This document shows, in pieces, positions 1-10,850 of a stretch of DNA of 34,367 nucleotides. Position numbers and translations under genes: made by a program. The DNA comes from Macrostomum lignano (taxonomy: Eukaryota): the NCBI GenBank assembly GCA_002269645.1, contig NIVC01001564.1, positions 233,517 through 267,883 on the forward strand, given 5' to 3'. The notes beneath the pieces are model-generated. The model worked only from the letters and a program-made list of their open reading frames with translations. It was not told where the DNA came from and ran no database searches. Position 1 is the stretch's first letter; each line of letters starts with the position of its first letter.

Positions 1-139
1 GGTGGACGACTGTCGCTACCCGAGCGACCGCAGCCGACCGCGGTTCCGTCTGAGGTCTTCGGAGCGGAGCTGGCAAGCGCGGGCTCTGCAGGGAGCGGAG
101 GGCGTCGAACGGTGCGTCTCGTCGAGTTTTGCCGAATGA
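1..139 (+). CDS. SACS: 3' end of the upstream tandem copy of the sacsin-like gene (end of HEPN domain)
   Basis: Near-identical to 32689..32827 (VDDCRYPSDRSRP...EGVERCVSS.FAE*), TGA at 137-139. It has compensating 1-bp indels relative to the downstream copy. Confidence 0.85.
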   Translation, partial: VDDCRYPSDRSRPRFRLRSSERSWQARALQGAEGVERCVSSSFAE

Positions 140-275
140 CTCGAGTGAGGGACTCGTGAGTGACTTGGAGTTGGCTTTTTTTCTGCAGACAACTGGTTTG
201 CGCGTGTAGCGCGATGCAAGGAGGTGGGGAAATCTTTTTGTGCTTTGTCTTGTCATGTGTTTTTGTTGTATCGAG

Positions 276-726
276 CACAGATACTAGAATAACTAGATGA
301 GCCACTCAGGCATATATACTTAGCAAAACAGCTTTCTACTGTCAGTTCAGTAGCAAATAAAAAGCATAAACTATTTTTTAAGTAAATCAACTGAAATGAC
401 TTTAGTAGGTGCCCATGCCTGCAGGTGTATAAAGCATGGGCACTCTTGCTAATTGGTTCAGCAATAATGTACATTAGCCAGTCCACTGAAACGTACATGG
501 CAGCTTTAGGCTGGAATTTCGAGAAAGGAAATAAAAATTGGGCAGTGCGAGGGTAGTGTGGAAAGCGCTCTTGAGGGAGGGTTTATAAGGGTTTCATTTA
601 TTGGGTGGGATGTCAATAAATTAGCCTCGGCTTTAATAATACAAAAATGCTTCTGTTTAACTTACTACTGAATTCAAAGTAGTTTACATGTGCTGAGTGG
701 CCTATCTGTTATTTTAAGTATCTGTG
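276..726 (+). mobile_element. MITE-like non-autonomous DNA element with ~35-bp imperfect TIRs (CACAGATACT...GCCACTCAG), just downstream of the sacsin stop
   Basis: Left end cacagatactagaataactagatgagccactcag; right end ctgagtggcctatctgttattttaagtatctgtg. A diverged inverted copy lies at 7815..8247. No TSD detected. Confidence 0.75.
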
Positions 727-1031
727 GATTCAAGTGAGGAATTGCGATACAACTTTGTTTATGACAATGAGAGCAGCTTCAGAGGAGACATGTCCAATTG
801 AAATGCGTGCTAATTATGTTTAATAAAAAAGTATGGTGTTTAGAGGTATCGTAGACCAATTTCTACGAAATAATATTTATCGCTGCATACTTCACACTTA
901 GCTTGCTGTATTGTTTAAAATATTCCATTTAAGTTATTCAACAAACAAACAATTGACTGAGGCAAAAGGCCAACAATAAATGGCGATAACTCGTCAGGAA
1001 GGTTATAGATGCGTGTGGAAAGAGGAAAGTA

Positions 1032-1859
1032 CTGTCACGTTATTGCGTAGCGGCTAACTATGGCTATGACCTTAAAAGGGCCGTTTTGACGAGAGTTGTA
1101 GTGAGTCGTAGTCTCAAAATAAGTTGAAGTCAACTCTTGTAAAGCGGATTTTGTAGCGGAGCACTTGGCGATAAAGGCAGGAACTGCCGTAGTTGTTTTT
1201 ATTGGTAGTATCAATATTAGGCTTGGCTATTACTGTCAATTCACAAACTATAGCTTTCTGGGCACTGGCGGCTGCAACAATGGTTTTGAAGATAAATTGA
1301 ATGTGAAGTCAAGTGGCAGACGAATGATGCAATGGCGACGTAACGTGAGGAGCAATGGCAATGAGCACAGTGAAGGCAGTGAGACGCAGTAGGCAGGCAG
1401 ATGAGCAGTGGCGAGGTTGGCGTCAGCCGTGGCGTGAGATAAGGAGGCTCGAGGCAGCCAGACAGAGAGAAGGAAAACAAGGCTAGACAAGGCTAGGCAA
1501 GCCAGACGGACGGAGGACAAGCCTAAGGAGAGAGAACACAGAACACAAGAACAGGGACGAGTGAAACCCCCAGCCCGCCAGGCGAGGGTTAATAAAGAGC
1601 GCAAAAGGGGGGTAGCGTAAAACACGGAGAGTTTTCATTGGCTGGCGAGAGAACTTGAAATTATCGATCGTGCCAAAATTCACAGACGGGCGCAAGGTCT
1701 ATCAAATACACAGTGAAATAGCAGTTGATACAGATTTTTTGCACGCTACTATAAGTAAACGTTAAAATAAACTATTGGAGAAATTAAAATGAGAAATAGC
1801 AAGGGAAACTATAGTCCAACGGCCCTTTTGCGGGACCACTTAAACTAGCAACGTCACAG
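1032..1859. mobile_element. TA-flanked non-autonomous TIR element (Tc1/mariner-like target), ~830 bp
   Basis: TA|CTGTCACGTT at 1030-1041 pairs with AACGTCACAG|TA at 1850-1861. A second inverted block, AAAAGGGCCGTT (1074-1085), pairs with AACGGCCCTTTT (1818-1829). No transposase ORF. Confidence 0.55.
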
Positions 1860-2029
1860 TACTTTTAAGATGTGCCTGTCAGTTGTATGTTCACTATTAG
1901 CTACTGTCTGTTCGTATCCAGATACCCTTTTGCTCAGCTCTGGTAGTTTAAATTTATTCATGCTATGCTTTTTTATTCAAGGGACTATTGTTCAATACAC
2001 TACTGCTTAGATAGTAAGTAGTTAGTAGG

Positions 2030-2130
2030 TTTATATAATTTATTAACTATATAATTCATATTTATTCATATTTATTATTTATTTATTATATTTATTATAT
2101 TTATTATTAGATTCATATTTATTATTTATG
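2030..2130. repeat. AT-rich low-complexity tract (TATT/TATTAT-like)
   Basis: Degenerate repeats of tatttattat/attcatattt. Confidence 0.8.
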
Positions 2131-3269
2131 CTTTACGGATCCAACTCGTAATTTGGTAGTTCTATAAAACAGGTGGCAGTAATCTTGAGGCTTGAAATAA
2201 GTGTGAGACGGTCGACAGCTCGTTAGAGCAAACAGTGACAGCAGTCTGGCATGAGTAGTTTTGTTTCTACTGAATCTTTAATTCACTCATTTATTCCCTA
2301 CCACCAATTTCTAAAAATGACCTTTAAAAATATTTGAAAGATGAAAATTAGAGAATAGAAAATAGTTTTCTAGTTTTCATTCATAAAGTTTTCATTTCAA
2401 CTTTACTTTATAATGCTATAAGGTTATCAATGTTTTATTTCAAGGATTACCTGTAGCTAAACTTAGTTTCTGTGCTGATCCACCGCCTTCCTCTGCTTAT
2501 CATTTTGCGTTGTCATGGGTTGAGCAGTTGGCTCTCCTTAATGTCATTATGTACGGTTCAGCGGTGGATAATAATCTACCTAAAATTAATCATTGATAAC
2601 CATTAGCCGCTAATCTCTCTGTTCATTCTGAACTATATTTATCCAATTAAGTTTTTATCCAGTTTTTTTTCTCGCGCCTCGGCACAATGGCTATATTTAA
2701 GCAAATAATATTCAACCAGTGTTGCACTAATAAAATGCAAAAAAATCGATTCAGTTTGTGGTTTTTTCAATAAACACAATGCTGGAATTTTTGGTCAAAC
2801 TTTAGTTTTAATCGATTCTTCAGTTTTTTGTCTCAATGGTTCCTAATTGTGTGTTTATTTCGTGATCTCAATTGTCTCTCCGTAACAATCATTGCGCAGG
2901 ACTGTAAAAACAGTGTTGCTACAGTGAAACAGCACAGTCAACAGTCAGACAGCCGCGTTACCGCTGCGTGATAAAAATGAAACTAATAATAGGGTGATGG
3001 AGTCTGATTGACGAAGTGACGGCAGTGAATCGGGTCAACTAGATGCAAACTTCTAAGGTAGCTCGTACATGTAGAAGTGTGACAACAGTTCACGAGCAGT
3101 CTAGCAGCAGTTTGGCGCAGGTGTGTCGCCATGGATTTTATAGTGGGGGGGGAGTTAAAGACAAGAATTTTACGTGTACATGACAGATTCCTACTTGTAC
3201 ATTATTTTGAGTATCGGTGTTGTCTGCGCTAATTTTAGCGCCGAAGGCACTCATTTTGGTGCTACAGGC

Positions 3270-3720
3270 TCAGCCTTCTGCACCAATGCTGCTGCCACTC
3301 GTCAATGAGATTATGGATTTAGTGAGTCCAGGTATGCTCAGCAGCGCATTCAAATTCTGTTCAAATGAGTTAGTAGTACTTGACGCTGCTGTTCAGACGA
3401 CAGCGAAGCTGCACTGCTCAACAGATGGTCAATGGACGCTCTGACATCCATGTTTTCATCTGGAGCCGATGAATAAAGTGAAGCTGGTTGCTTATTGAGT
3501 ACGAACAGCTCAGCTTTCGTGGCTTTGACGTGAGCACTTTCGCCTATGTCAATGATGTACTCACTGCTCCATGGATTCTCGACTTCAACAGGATGTTTCT
3601 ACAGCACTCTGGCGTACACAAAGCATCCGTACTTATATCCTTGTGCATCATAATTTTTCTCACTAGGTCGGTTGGGTTTGGTACTGTTTACTTGGATACC
3701 CTCGTCAAACAACATCGTTA
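3270..3720 (-). pseudogene. Decayed inverted paralog fragment of the sacsin-like gene C-terminal region (pre-J and J-like segment)
   Basis: Minus-strand translation FVYARVL*KHPVEVENPWSSEYIIDIGESAHVKATKAELF...IDHLLSSAASLSSEQQRQV aligns with the main gene (LVYARVVERHPGGSDNPWTSEFTIKIGEGSKLRVSMSALF...VDHLLSSAASLPTEQQRQI). In-frame TAG at 3599-3601. Confidence 0.9.
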
Positions 3721-4474
3721 AAGTACTTCAACCGTAAACTGTGTGTTGAAGGAGTGCTAAAAGTAATCAGCTTCATGGAGCAAACGAAAATAAAGTATAA
3801 CATTTTTTGTTTCCGGTTTCGTTTTCGTTTTAAAACGAAATTTTTAAAAATCGAAACAGTCATCACATGACGGGGGTGATCAAGCCTAAAAACGTGTGTT
3901 TCTTGTTTTTTATTGTTTAGCAGTGGCAATGTTTTCTACTTTTTTAAATTGGTTTTCTAAATGACTTCTCTTCTAACAATTTTCTGTTGCTTAAAAACTT
4001 TAAAGGCACATGTAAAGTGATACCTACGCGATTGTGCCGTTCCTGTTCGTTCTGCAGTGCTTGACTGGGTGCTGCGGATCGTTCTACCTACCAACGACGA
4101 CGGCTTTTTTGCGTCAATGCGTGGGTCATCAACATTTCATCAGCATTAGCTCCTATCCTAGTGCTTAGAATTGGATCACGTGATTAAATTCAGAAACTCG
4201 GCAAATCTAAGATGTAAAGAAAAACAGATTTTAAAGCTGTTCAAGAAGAAATTAAAGCTTAAATATGATGAGGATGGACAGTCAGTACTGGTGTGAGGAC
4301 ACATGAGTTCCTTTGATGTACTGCACTTACTAATGACAGTAGCAATATGATTTTTTTGTTTGCTTTTCTACTCTCTTCAATTTTTAATAATTATCGCCTC
4401 CATTAATTTTTTGTACTTTCTCTCATGTTTTTTCCTCTTTTGCTTGGGATTTTATCCCAGCATACTTTTTCATG

Positions 4475-4653
4475 CAGTGGCGCATCCAGAAATTTGTTGA
4501 AGGGGGCCTATTCTGGAGGGTAAAGACCCTAGAGGGGTGGGCGGAGGGTGGTTCTGTATTTTGCTGAAAATGCGCTTGGCCCCCTTTTTGATTTCCAGGT
4601 CTCTGCCTAGGGGGTGGTGTTCCCCGCCCCTGCCCCCCTTGGTTGCGCTTCTG
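4475..4653. mobile_element. hAT-type MITE (179 bp) with perfect 8-bp TSD
   Basis: TSD TTTTCATG at 4467-4474 and 4654-4661. Termini CAGTGGCGCATCCAG ... CTTGGTTGCGCTTCTG with internal G/C runs, typical of hAT non-autonomous elements. Confidence 0.9.
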
Positions 4654-5277
4654 TTTTCATGTCGTAAATAATCAAAATTCGATTATTTCATTTACTTCAT
4701 TTAAGCGACAACTGATCTGGTGAATCACGTGACTGGCGCTTTTCCCCTGATATTTGTCGTGCCATCAATCACGTAAGATTTCGGCCTGTTTGTTTGAATT
4801 TTTCCCAGCGTGAGGATATTTGACAGTTGTGATCATTACCCTTAAAAGTATATTCGTTTTAATCCTAAATCTTCTCGTGGGTTACCCAATTGCTTTCCCA
4901 ATACCTTTCATTTATAGAGGGGAGGTGTGTATCGATATCGACCCCCCCCCCTACCATTGGCTGGCGCCCTACGGCCTTGCATCTCTCCCTGCCTCTCCCT
5001 CTCTCTCTCACTCTATCCCTCCTTCATCTCTCTCCCGGGCTCCACTCCCCTCTAGGCGCTTCCAGGCTATACTTCTGCTGGAAGCTATCCGTATCAATGT
5101 TTCGGGGTTTACTAGAGAAATGTTTCTCTGAGGGAGAATTCGACGTAAAATTCGATGGAGAATTCGATGGAGAATTCGATCTCAAAGAGGATTTCGAGAC
5201 ATGGCCGTGCGCGTACAAAAGTGAACGCGTTCTACAAATTTGCGTGTAAACAACATTCTAAATTAGGCAATTTAAAC

Positions 5278-5869
5278 CACAGAACATACACAGAATGGCG
5301 AATCGGCAGTTCTCTATGAAAGCGAAAATAAATGCGATTGCACTACTAACGTTGTGAAGCTGATAAGTAGCTGCGATTTTTTAAACGCAAAGTTGAATGT
5401 AAAAGTTGAGCTCAAGACAGCCTTTGAAAGCTCTGAATCATCGTTTTGACGCTGCAGATGAATGCTGCGCCATCATTGTAATTAATTTGTTCAAACGGTG
5501 CGTCCGCAAAGTCATGAGCAGTAGTAAGAACTGTTATAACCTCATTGCCATGTACATGTAAGCTAAAAAACAAAAGTAACAAACATATAACAGCAAGGTT
5601 AAGTTTTAATGGCACTAACTTAAAGCGCAGCAGAAGGCAGGGCCAGCCTTAAGGTAGTTTCTAAAAATAGCACAGTTTAGAAGGGGGTGGGTTGGTTCAT
5701 CAAGCCTTCCTATATTCTGTGGAACCCGCAATAAATGGCAAAGAATTGGTAAAGTGCCATTCAGCCTACTTAGTTTCTTTTCACAACAAGAGTAGCCAGT
5801 ATAGAATATCATTCTTGTGCAAGAAATTTTCTCAAAATGCGGGATTCGCCATTCTGTGTATATTCTGTG
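5278..5869. mobile_element. MITE with 27-bp TIRs and 8-bp TSD (P-element- or hAT-like)
   Basis: TIR CACAGAA(C/T)ATACACAGAATGGCGAATC matches at 26/27. Flanks ATTTAAAC (5270-5277) and ATGTAAAC (5870-5877) match at 7/8. Confidence 0.8.
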
Positions 5870-6224
5870 ATGTAAACTCCCGCGCACATGCTTCCCGAAT
5901 ATTCCCGGACTTTAACATTTTGTATGAAATTGTGTATAAATAAAAAGCACCCAGCATTGCATTTATTCAAGCCAGAATTTTTTCATACTGAAAACTGTTT
6001 AACAAAAATAAAGCCAAAGAACCATCGCCTTTACGGCTCATTCGTTTAAACTCGCTACAGATACTTCTCATCAATGAACTGAAAGCTGACTGGCAATGGC
6101 GATGGAACTGGCGTTAGTTATCAAGAATTATTCCTCATTCTATGGCACGAGAGATGGGGTGAGCAGAGGTAGAGGCGTGGGGAACGGAGAGGAGGTTAGC
6201 GGCCTCTCCTCACTCAGTCACTCA

Positions 6225-6332
<108 letters not shown>

Positions 6333-7036
6333 CTGACACTCTGCATGTAATGTGACGACGCTTGCCCGCCAGAGGAGTGCTTGGGGCATTGTCGCAGGAA
6401 ACACAATAGCGACTGAGACTGTAGCTGTGAAGACAGTAACAGCTGGAGACAATAGCGGTGATGTCAATAGTACTGTATTCTCGACTTTCTACCCCTGGAA
6501 TGTTTTGTTGCTATGCTTCCACGGGTATACTGAAAGAATGGCGCACATTTGTAAGTCCATTTCTCCTGACTAATTTTCGATCCCCTTAAACTGTGCATGC
6601 TGGGACTGGGAGTTGGGCAGAGTTGGTAGTGATAGAAAATTCTCCCACTTATAAGCTCAGTGAGTCTGGTTGGCCTATTTACCAGAAATTCGTGTACGTA
6701 CCGGTAATGCACGGTGAATTTCCTGGAAATGACATCTCGTTAGGAAAGCGACAGTATATAATGATACACACAATGCACTGATATCGTTAACAGCTCGCAA
6801 TCAATTGAGTAGTTACTCGATCGTGAAACTTCTCTAAGAAAAAAATCAATTCCACCTATTGTTTTTCCAAACCTCTTTTGATACAAACGGTAAGAACTTT
6901 TTTATACAGCTCCATTTTTCGTTGCCGAGTTACTGCAAAAAATAATGTCACTAAAATTGTGATTTGAAATTAGGGAACTTTTGGCCATTTCTGCGTGCAT
7001 GTGTACCTGCTTATAGTTACGCTGGTGTCTATGCTG

Positions 7037-7811
7037 CAGTGCTGAGAGAAACTGGGATAGTGCTGAGGGAGGGACTGGTGTCAGTGCTGAGTGAGGGACT
7101 GGTGCAGTGCTGAGTACTTGGGGTCAGTGCTGAGTGAGGGACTGGGGTCAGTGCTGAGTGAGGGACTGGGGTCAGTGCTGAGTGAGGAACTGGGGTCAGT
7201 GCTGAGTGAGGGACTGGTGCCAGTGCTGAGTAAGGGACTGGGGTCAGTGCTGAGTGAGGAACTGGGGTCAGTGCTGAGAGGAACTGGGGTCAGTGCTGAG
7301 TAAGGGACTGGGGTCAGTGCTGAGTGAGGAACTGGGGTCAGTGCTGAGTGAGCGACTGGTGTCAGTGCTGAGTGAGGGACTGGGGTCAGTGCTGAGTGAG
7401 GGACTGGGGTCAGTGCTGAGTAAGGGACTGGGGTCAGTGCTGAGTGAGGAACTGGGGTCAGTGCTGAGTGAGGGACTGGGGTCAGTGCTGAGTGAGGAAC
7501 TGGGGTCAGTGCTGAGTGAGGAACTGGGGTCAGTGCTGAGTGAGGAACTGGGGTCAGTGCTGAGTAAGGGACTGGGGTCAGTGCTGAGTGAGGAACTGGG
7601 GTCAGTGCTGAGTAAGGGACTGGGGTCAGTGCTGAGTGAGGAACTGGGGTCAGTGCTGAGTGAGGGACTGGGGTCAGTGCTGAGTACTTGGGGTCAGTGC
7701 TGAGTGAGAAACTGGGGTCAGTTCTGAGTGCTGGGGTCAGTGCTGAGTGAGGGACTGGGGTCAGTGCTGAGTGTTTGGGGTCAGTGCTGAGGGAGGGATT
7801 TGGGTCAGTGC
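7037..7811. repeat. 24-bp minisatellite (consensus GGGGTCAGTGCTGAGTGAGG(G/A)ACT), roughly 32-33 units
   Basis: Directly visible tandem units with variants (GAGGAACT, GAGGGACT, AAGGGACT) and a few shortened units. Confidence 0.97.
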
Positions 7812-7814
7812 AAG

Positions 7815-8247
7815 CACAGATACTGTAATAACTGGATGGGCCACTCAGCACATTTGCGCGTAGCTACTTTCAGTGCAGTAGTAAGTAAAGCAGAATTAAT
7901 CATTTAATGAAATATTAAAACCAAGGCTCATTAATTGGCTCTTAGTCCCAGCGTTTCCACACTATTCGCCGCCCCGCCCCAATTTTTATTGTCTTTTTCG
8001 GAATTCCAACCTAAAGCTGCCATGTACATTTCAGTGGACGGGCTAAGGTACATATTGCTGAACCAATTAGCAAGTACATGCACGTCCTCAAGGTTGGGCT
8101 TCAAAACTTAATCAGTCGTTTCAGCTGCCTTTACTTTTCTAAAATAGCTGATATATTCTTCTTTGCTACTGAACTGGAAGTAGAAAGCTGTTTTACTAAG
8201 TAAATCAATATCCCTGAGTGGCCCATCTAGATATTTTAGTATCTGTG
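7815..8247 (-). mobile_element. Inverted, diverged copy of the CACAGATA-TIR MITE
   Basis: TIRs cacagatactgtaataactggatgggccactcag and ctgagtggcccatctagatattttagtatctgtg. Internal sequence is the reverse complement of 276..726 (e.g. cctaaagctgccatgtac, gctgaaccaattagcaag). Confidence 0.8.
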
Positions 8248-10850
8248 GATTTTCTCCTCAGGCGCATATGGTGGAGTAGGAGTACCAAGCTTTTAGTAGT
8301 AATTTGCTGGCCGAACTTGCTGCTTTGCTCTCTTATCTGTTGCGTGTTTTGATTTCGATTTGAGCCGTTTTGATTCGTATGAGTAAATATGCTCGTACTG
8401 CTATTTAGACTGAGAATTGTGTAGATACGTTAAAACCTAACTACCTGAACTACCTGGCTTCAAATTTTATGATTGAGTTCTTGGAAACGCTTATAATTTT
8501 AGCCCCATCGGCCTTTTCCTAAACACTTTAAGAAAAAAAGTTTATCTTGACCAAAGTAGAAACACATTTTAAAAAGTGTCAACGAGCATAGAATTATCAA
8601 ACTCATTTTGTAGTGTATATGAAGTACATCCAGATTCTTGTCATGCAAGTACCACAATGAAACTTCTGTTTGGGTTATTTTCAATTGCATGTAAAATACA
8701 ACTTCGCAGGACGCAATGTATTGTAATTTGCGTCACTGCTAATCAACACCAAAGATCAAACTTTCGGGCCATAGACGATGATGCCAGAGCTGCTCCATGC
8801 CAGAAGATAGCGAAAGCCTCCAGCAGCTTTTCTCAGACAATCTATAGCGGTTCGCTGCATCTCGACTGTCTAATGACCTTGGGCATGATCGAAGGACTTG
8901 CAAATCAAGTCGAATTCGCCGGATGTTACTCCTGAAATCTCCATTCGGCATAGCTCCGTAGTTAAATAGAGGAGGCAGAACTTCTGCCACTGTAGTTGGC
9001 TCTGCGTCCAGCCATTTCGATTTTGTTTGTGTAAATGAAAGATGCAAGCAATCAAATCTGCTGTCTTTCTACTCAGCTCTCTTAAACCTTCTGTCTCCCT
9101 CTTTATGGGATCAAAAAACTACAGTGCATATTAATGTCGATGTGGGCCATAGACTAAAGTTTATTTAAATTTCATTGTAGAAAGTGGGGGCTTCGCCCCC
9201 ACACCCTCATTCTCACTCTCCCCCCTCCTCGACTCCTTCCGGCGCCAAGTAATACCATAGACGAAAGCGCATAGCAATGTTTCTACTGCACTATTTTTTA
9301 GTGTTAATGTCATTACCGGCGCTCGCAAAACAATCGTTGTCACGCACTGGGGCCGCTGTTTATTTACTCATTGTTAGTTGTTTAATTGAGCAGCTTTTTA
9401 TTCAATTCATGAGAAGTTCTATTAAATTCTCAAAAATAGCGTCTATGTCCCTAAGCTACTGAACTCAAATTTATAAGCAACCCATGCCAGCTTTTTCGCA
9501 CAAGTGACCTAAAACAGCGGTCGAACTTTCCGTATTACCGCCATACAAAGTGGCCTATCTAGGGAATATAAGATCTATGATCAACACGACAAAATGAGTC
9601 AATAGAGCGATTAAGCGCAAATCGAATCATCGTAGCATAATTGTCTCTGGCGAATTACACGAAGTTCGGCTAGCCAAGTTGCTGATCGCCAGTTTTGGTT
9701 AGGGCTCTCGTTAGCAGATTTCGGCTAGCTAAATCTTCGCTAACAGATTTCTGCTGGCAAATCTCGGCGAGCAGATAGATTTCTTGCTAGCAAAGGACCC
9801 CGCATATTGTCCCACGGGGTTAAGATGAACAACGAGCATGTCGATGTACACAAGTGAACGCAAGACAGATGAAATTTAGCCTAGGGGTCAGACCCGATCC
9901 AGCTCAGCCAATGAGAGAGCACTAAGGAGAGAGATACAAAGATCCCGCTGAGATCAAAGTCAGAAACAAGCGGGCAAGAAGAAAAGCTTTCGTGCAACCT
10001 CCGACTCCAATATTGAATTTACCCGGTGGGAAAAAAATGGTCGCCGCGACGGCTTCTGTTTGTTGCGTTTACGACGGCGGAAACTCCGTTCGAGTGAACG
10101 CCGAGTTTCCGTCGCCACAACGGTCGCTGCGACGGCGGTCGGAAGACCCATTAGCGACTCTTATATGCGTACGATACTACTTGTATCGTGTAGTAGTGTA
10201 GATGGACCATGATATATCCCACGAATTTTTTATTTTTTCGGAATAAAAAAGAAACGAAATATAGATGCAGTTTTTTTCAACAAATAAACATTATGTTGCT
10301 ATGGGAAATGCTTTTTAGCATTATATTTATAGAATTACCTGATTATTCAGTTCCTGCTAGAGAAGAAAAAATTCACCCATAGACATACTTCAAAAAAGTA
10401 CAATAATATCAAACTGTTGTTTATTAAGCATACACGAAGCGTACAAGAAAGCAATCGTTCACAATATTAAGTACAATAAAGTACAATAAGGTATAAATGG
10501 CCTATAGGGTCCATTGTACCCCACAGACAAATAAGCAGTCATCAATAGAAATATGGCGTGCATTAGCTAACTAATTTTCTGATTATGAACATTGAGCAAC
10601 TACTCCAGATCAGAGCAGTACTCGAGTTCGAGCTCTTGCTCAACTCAGAGTTTGAGGTGAAACTTGCCAGTTATTGCTCACTTTATTCATACGGCCAAAT
10701 GACTAATTCAATGGGCTTTCTATGCACATAAAGTAATAACACTGTTATGTACAGAAGCTGCAATAATAGTCGATTTATGGGGTCAAAAAACTCATTATTT
10801 TTTAAACGTTTGGGGTTTAGAGTAAAAGATCAGCTGTATCATTTAACATA

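Larger units (their letters stand above)
1..1686 (+). repeat. Direct segmental repeat, copy A (matches 32689..34367); tandem period about 32.7 kb
   Basis: Colinear match from ggtggacgactgtcgc (1 vs 32689) to gccaaaattcacaga (1686 vs 34367). The copies differ mostly by small indels, concentrated in the first ~900 bp. Confidence 0.97.

Noticed and set aside
1055-1080. TAACTATGGCTATGACCTTAA resembling the 28S rRNA/I-CeuI site
   Set aside because: Short partial match with no surrounding rRNA similarity.
5412-5615. 67-aa ORF with a signal-peptide-like hydrophobic start
   Set aside because: It lies inside a MITE, the hydrophobic part comes from a T-rich tract, and no family is recognisable.
7081-7851. 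256-aa and other ORFs over the 24-bp minisatellite
   Set aside because: They are open only because the unit length is a multiple of 3; the peptides are repeat translations.
9148-9579. CATAGA...TCTATG element containing a GTGGGGGC-TTC-GCCCCCAC hairpin
   Set aside because: The terminal match is only 6 bp and there is no TSD; only the right end resembles the MITE TIR.
9805-9813. piggyBac-like end CGGGG|TTAA possibly pairing with TTAA|CCCCG at 23201 to enclose sacsin in the next unit
   Set aside because: Only 5 bp match beyond TTAA and the adjacent sequences diverge at once.
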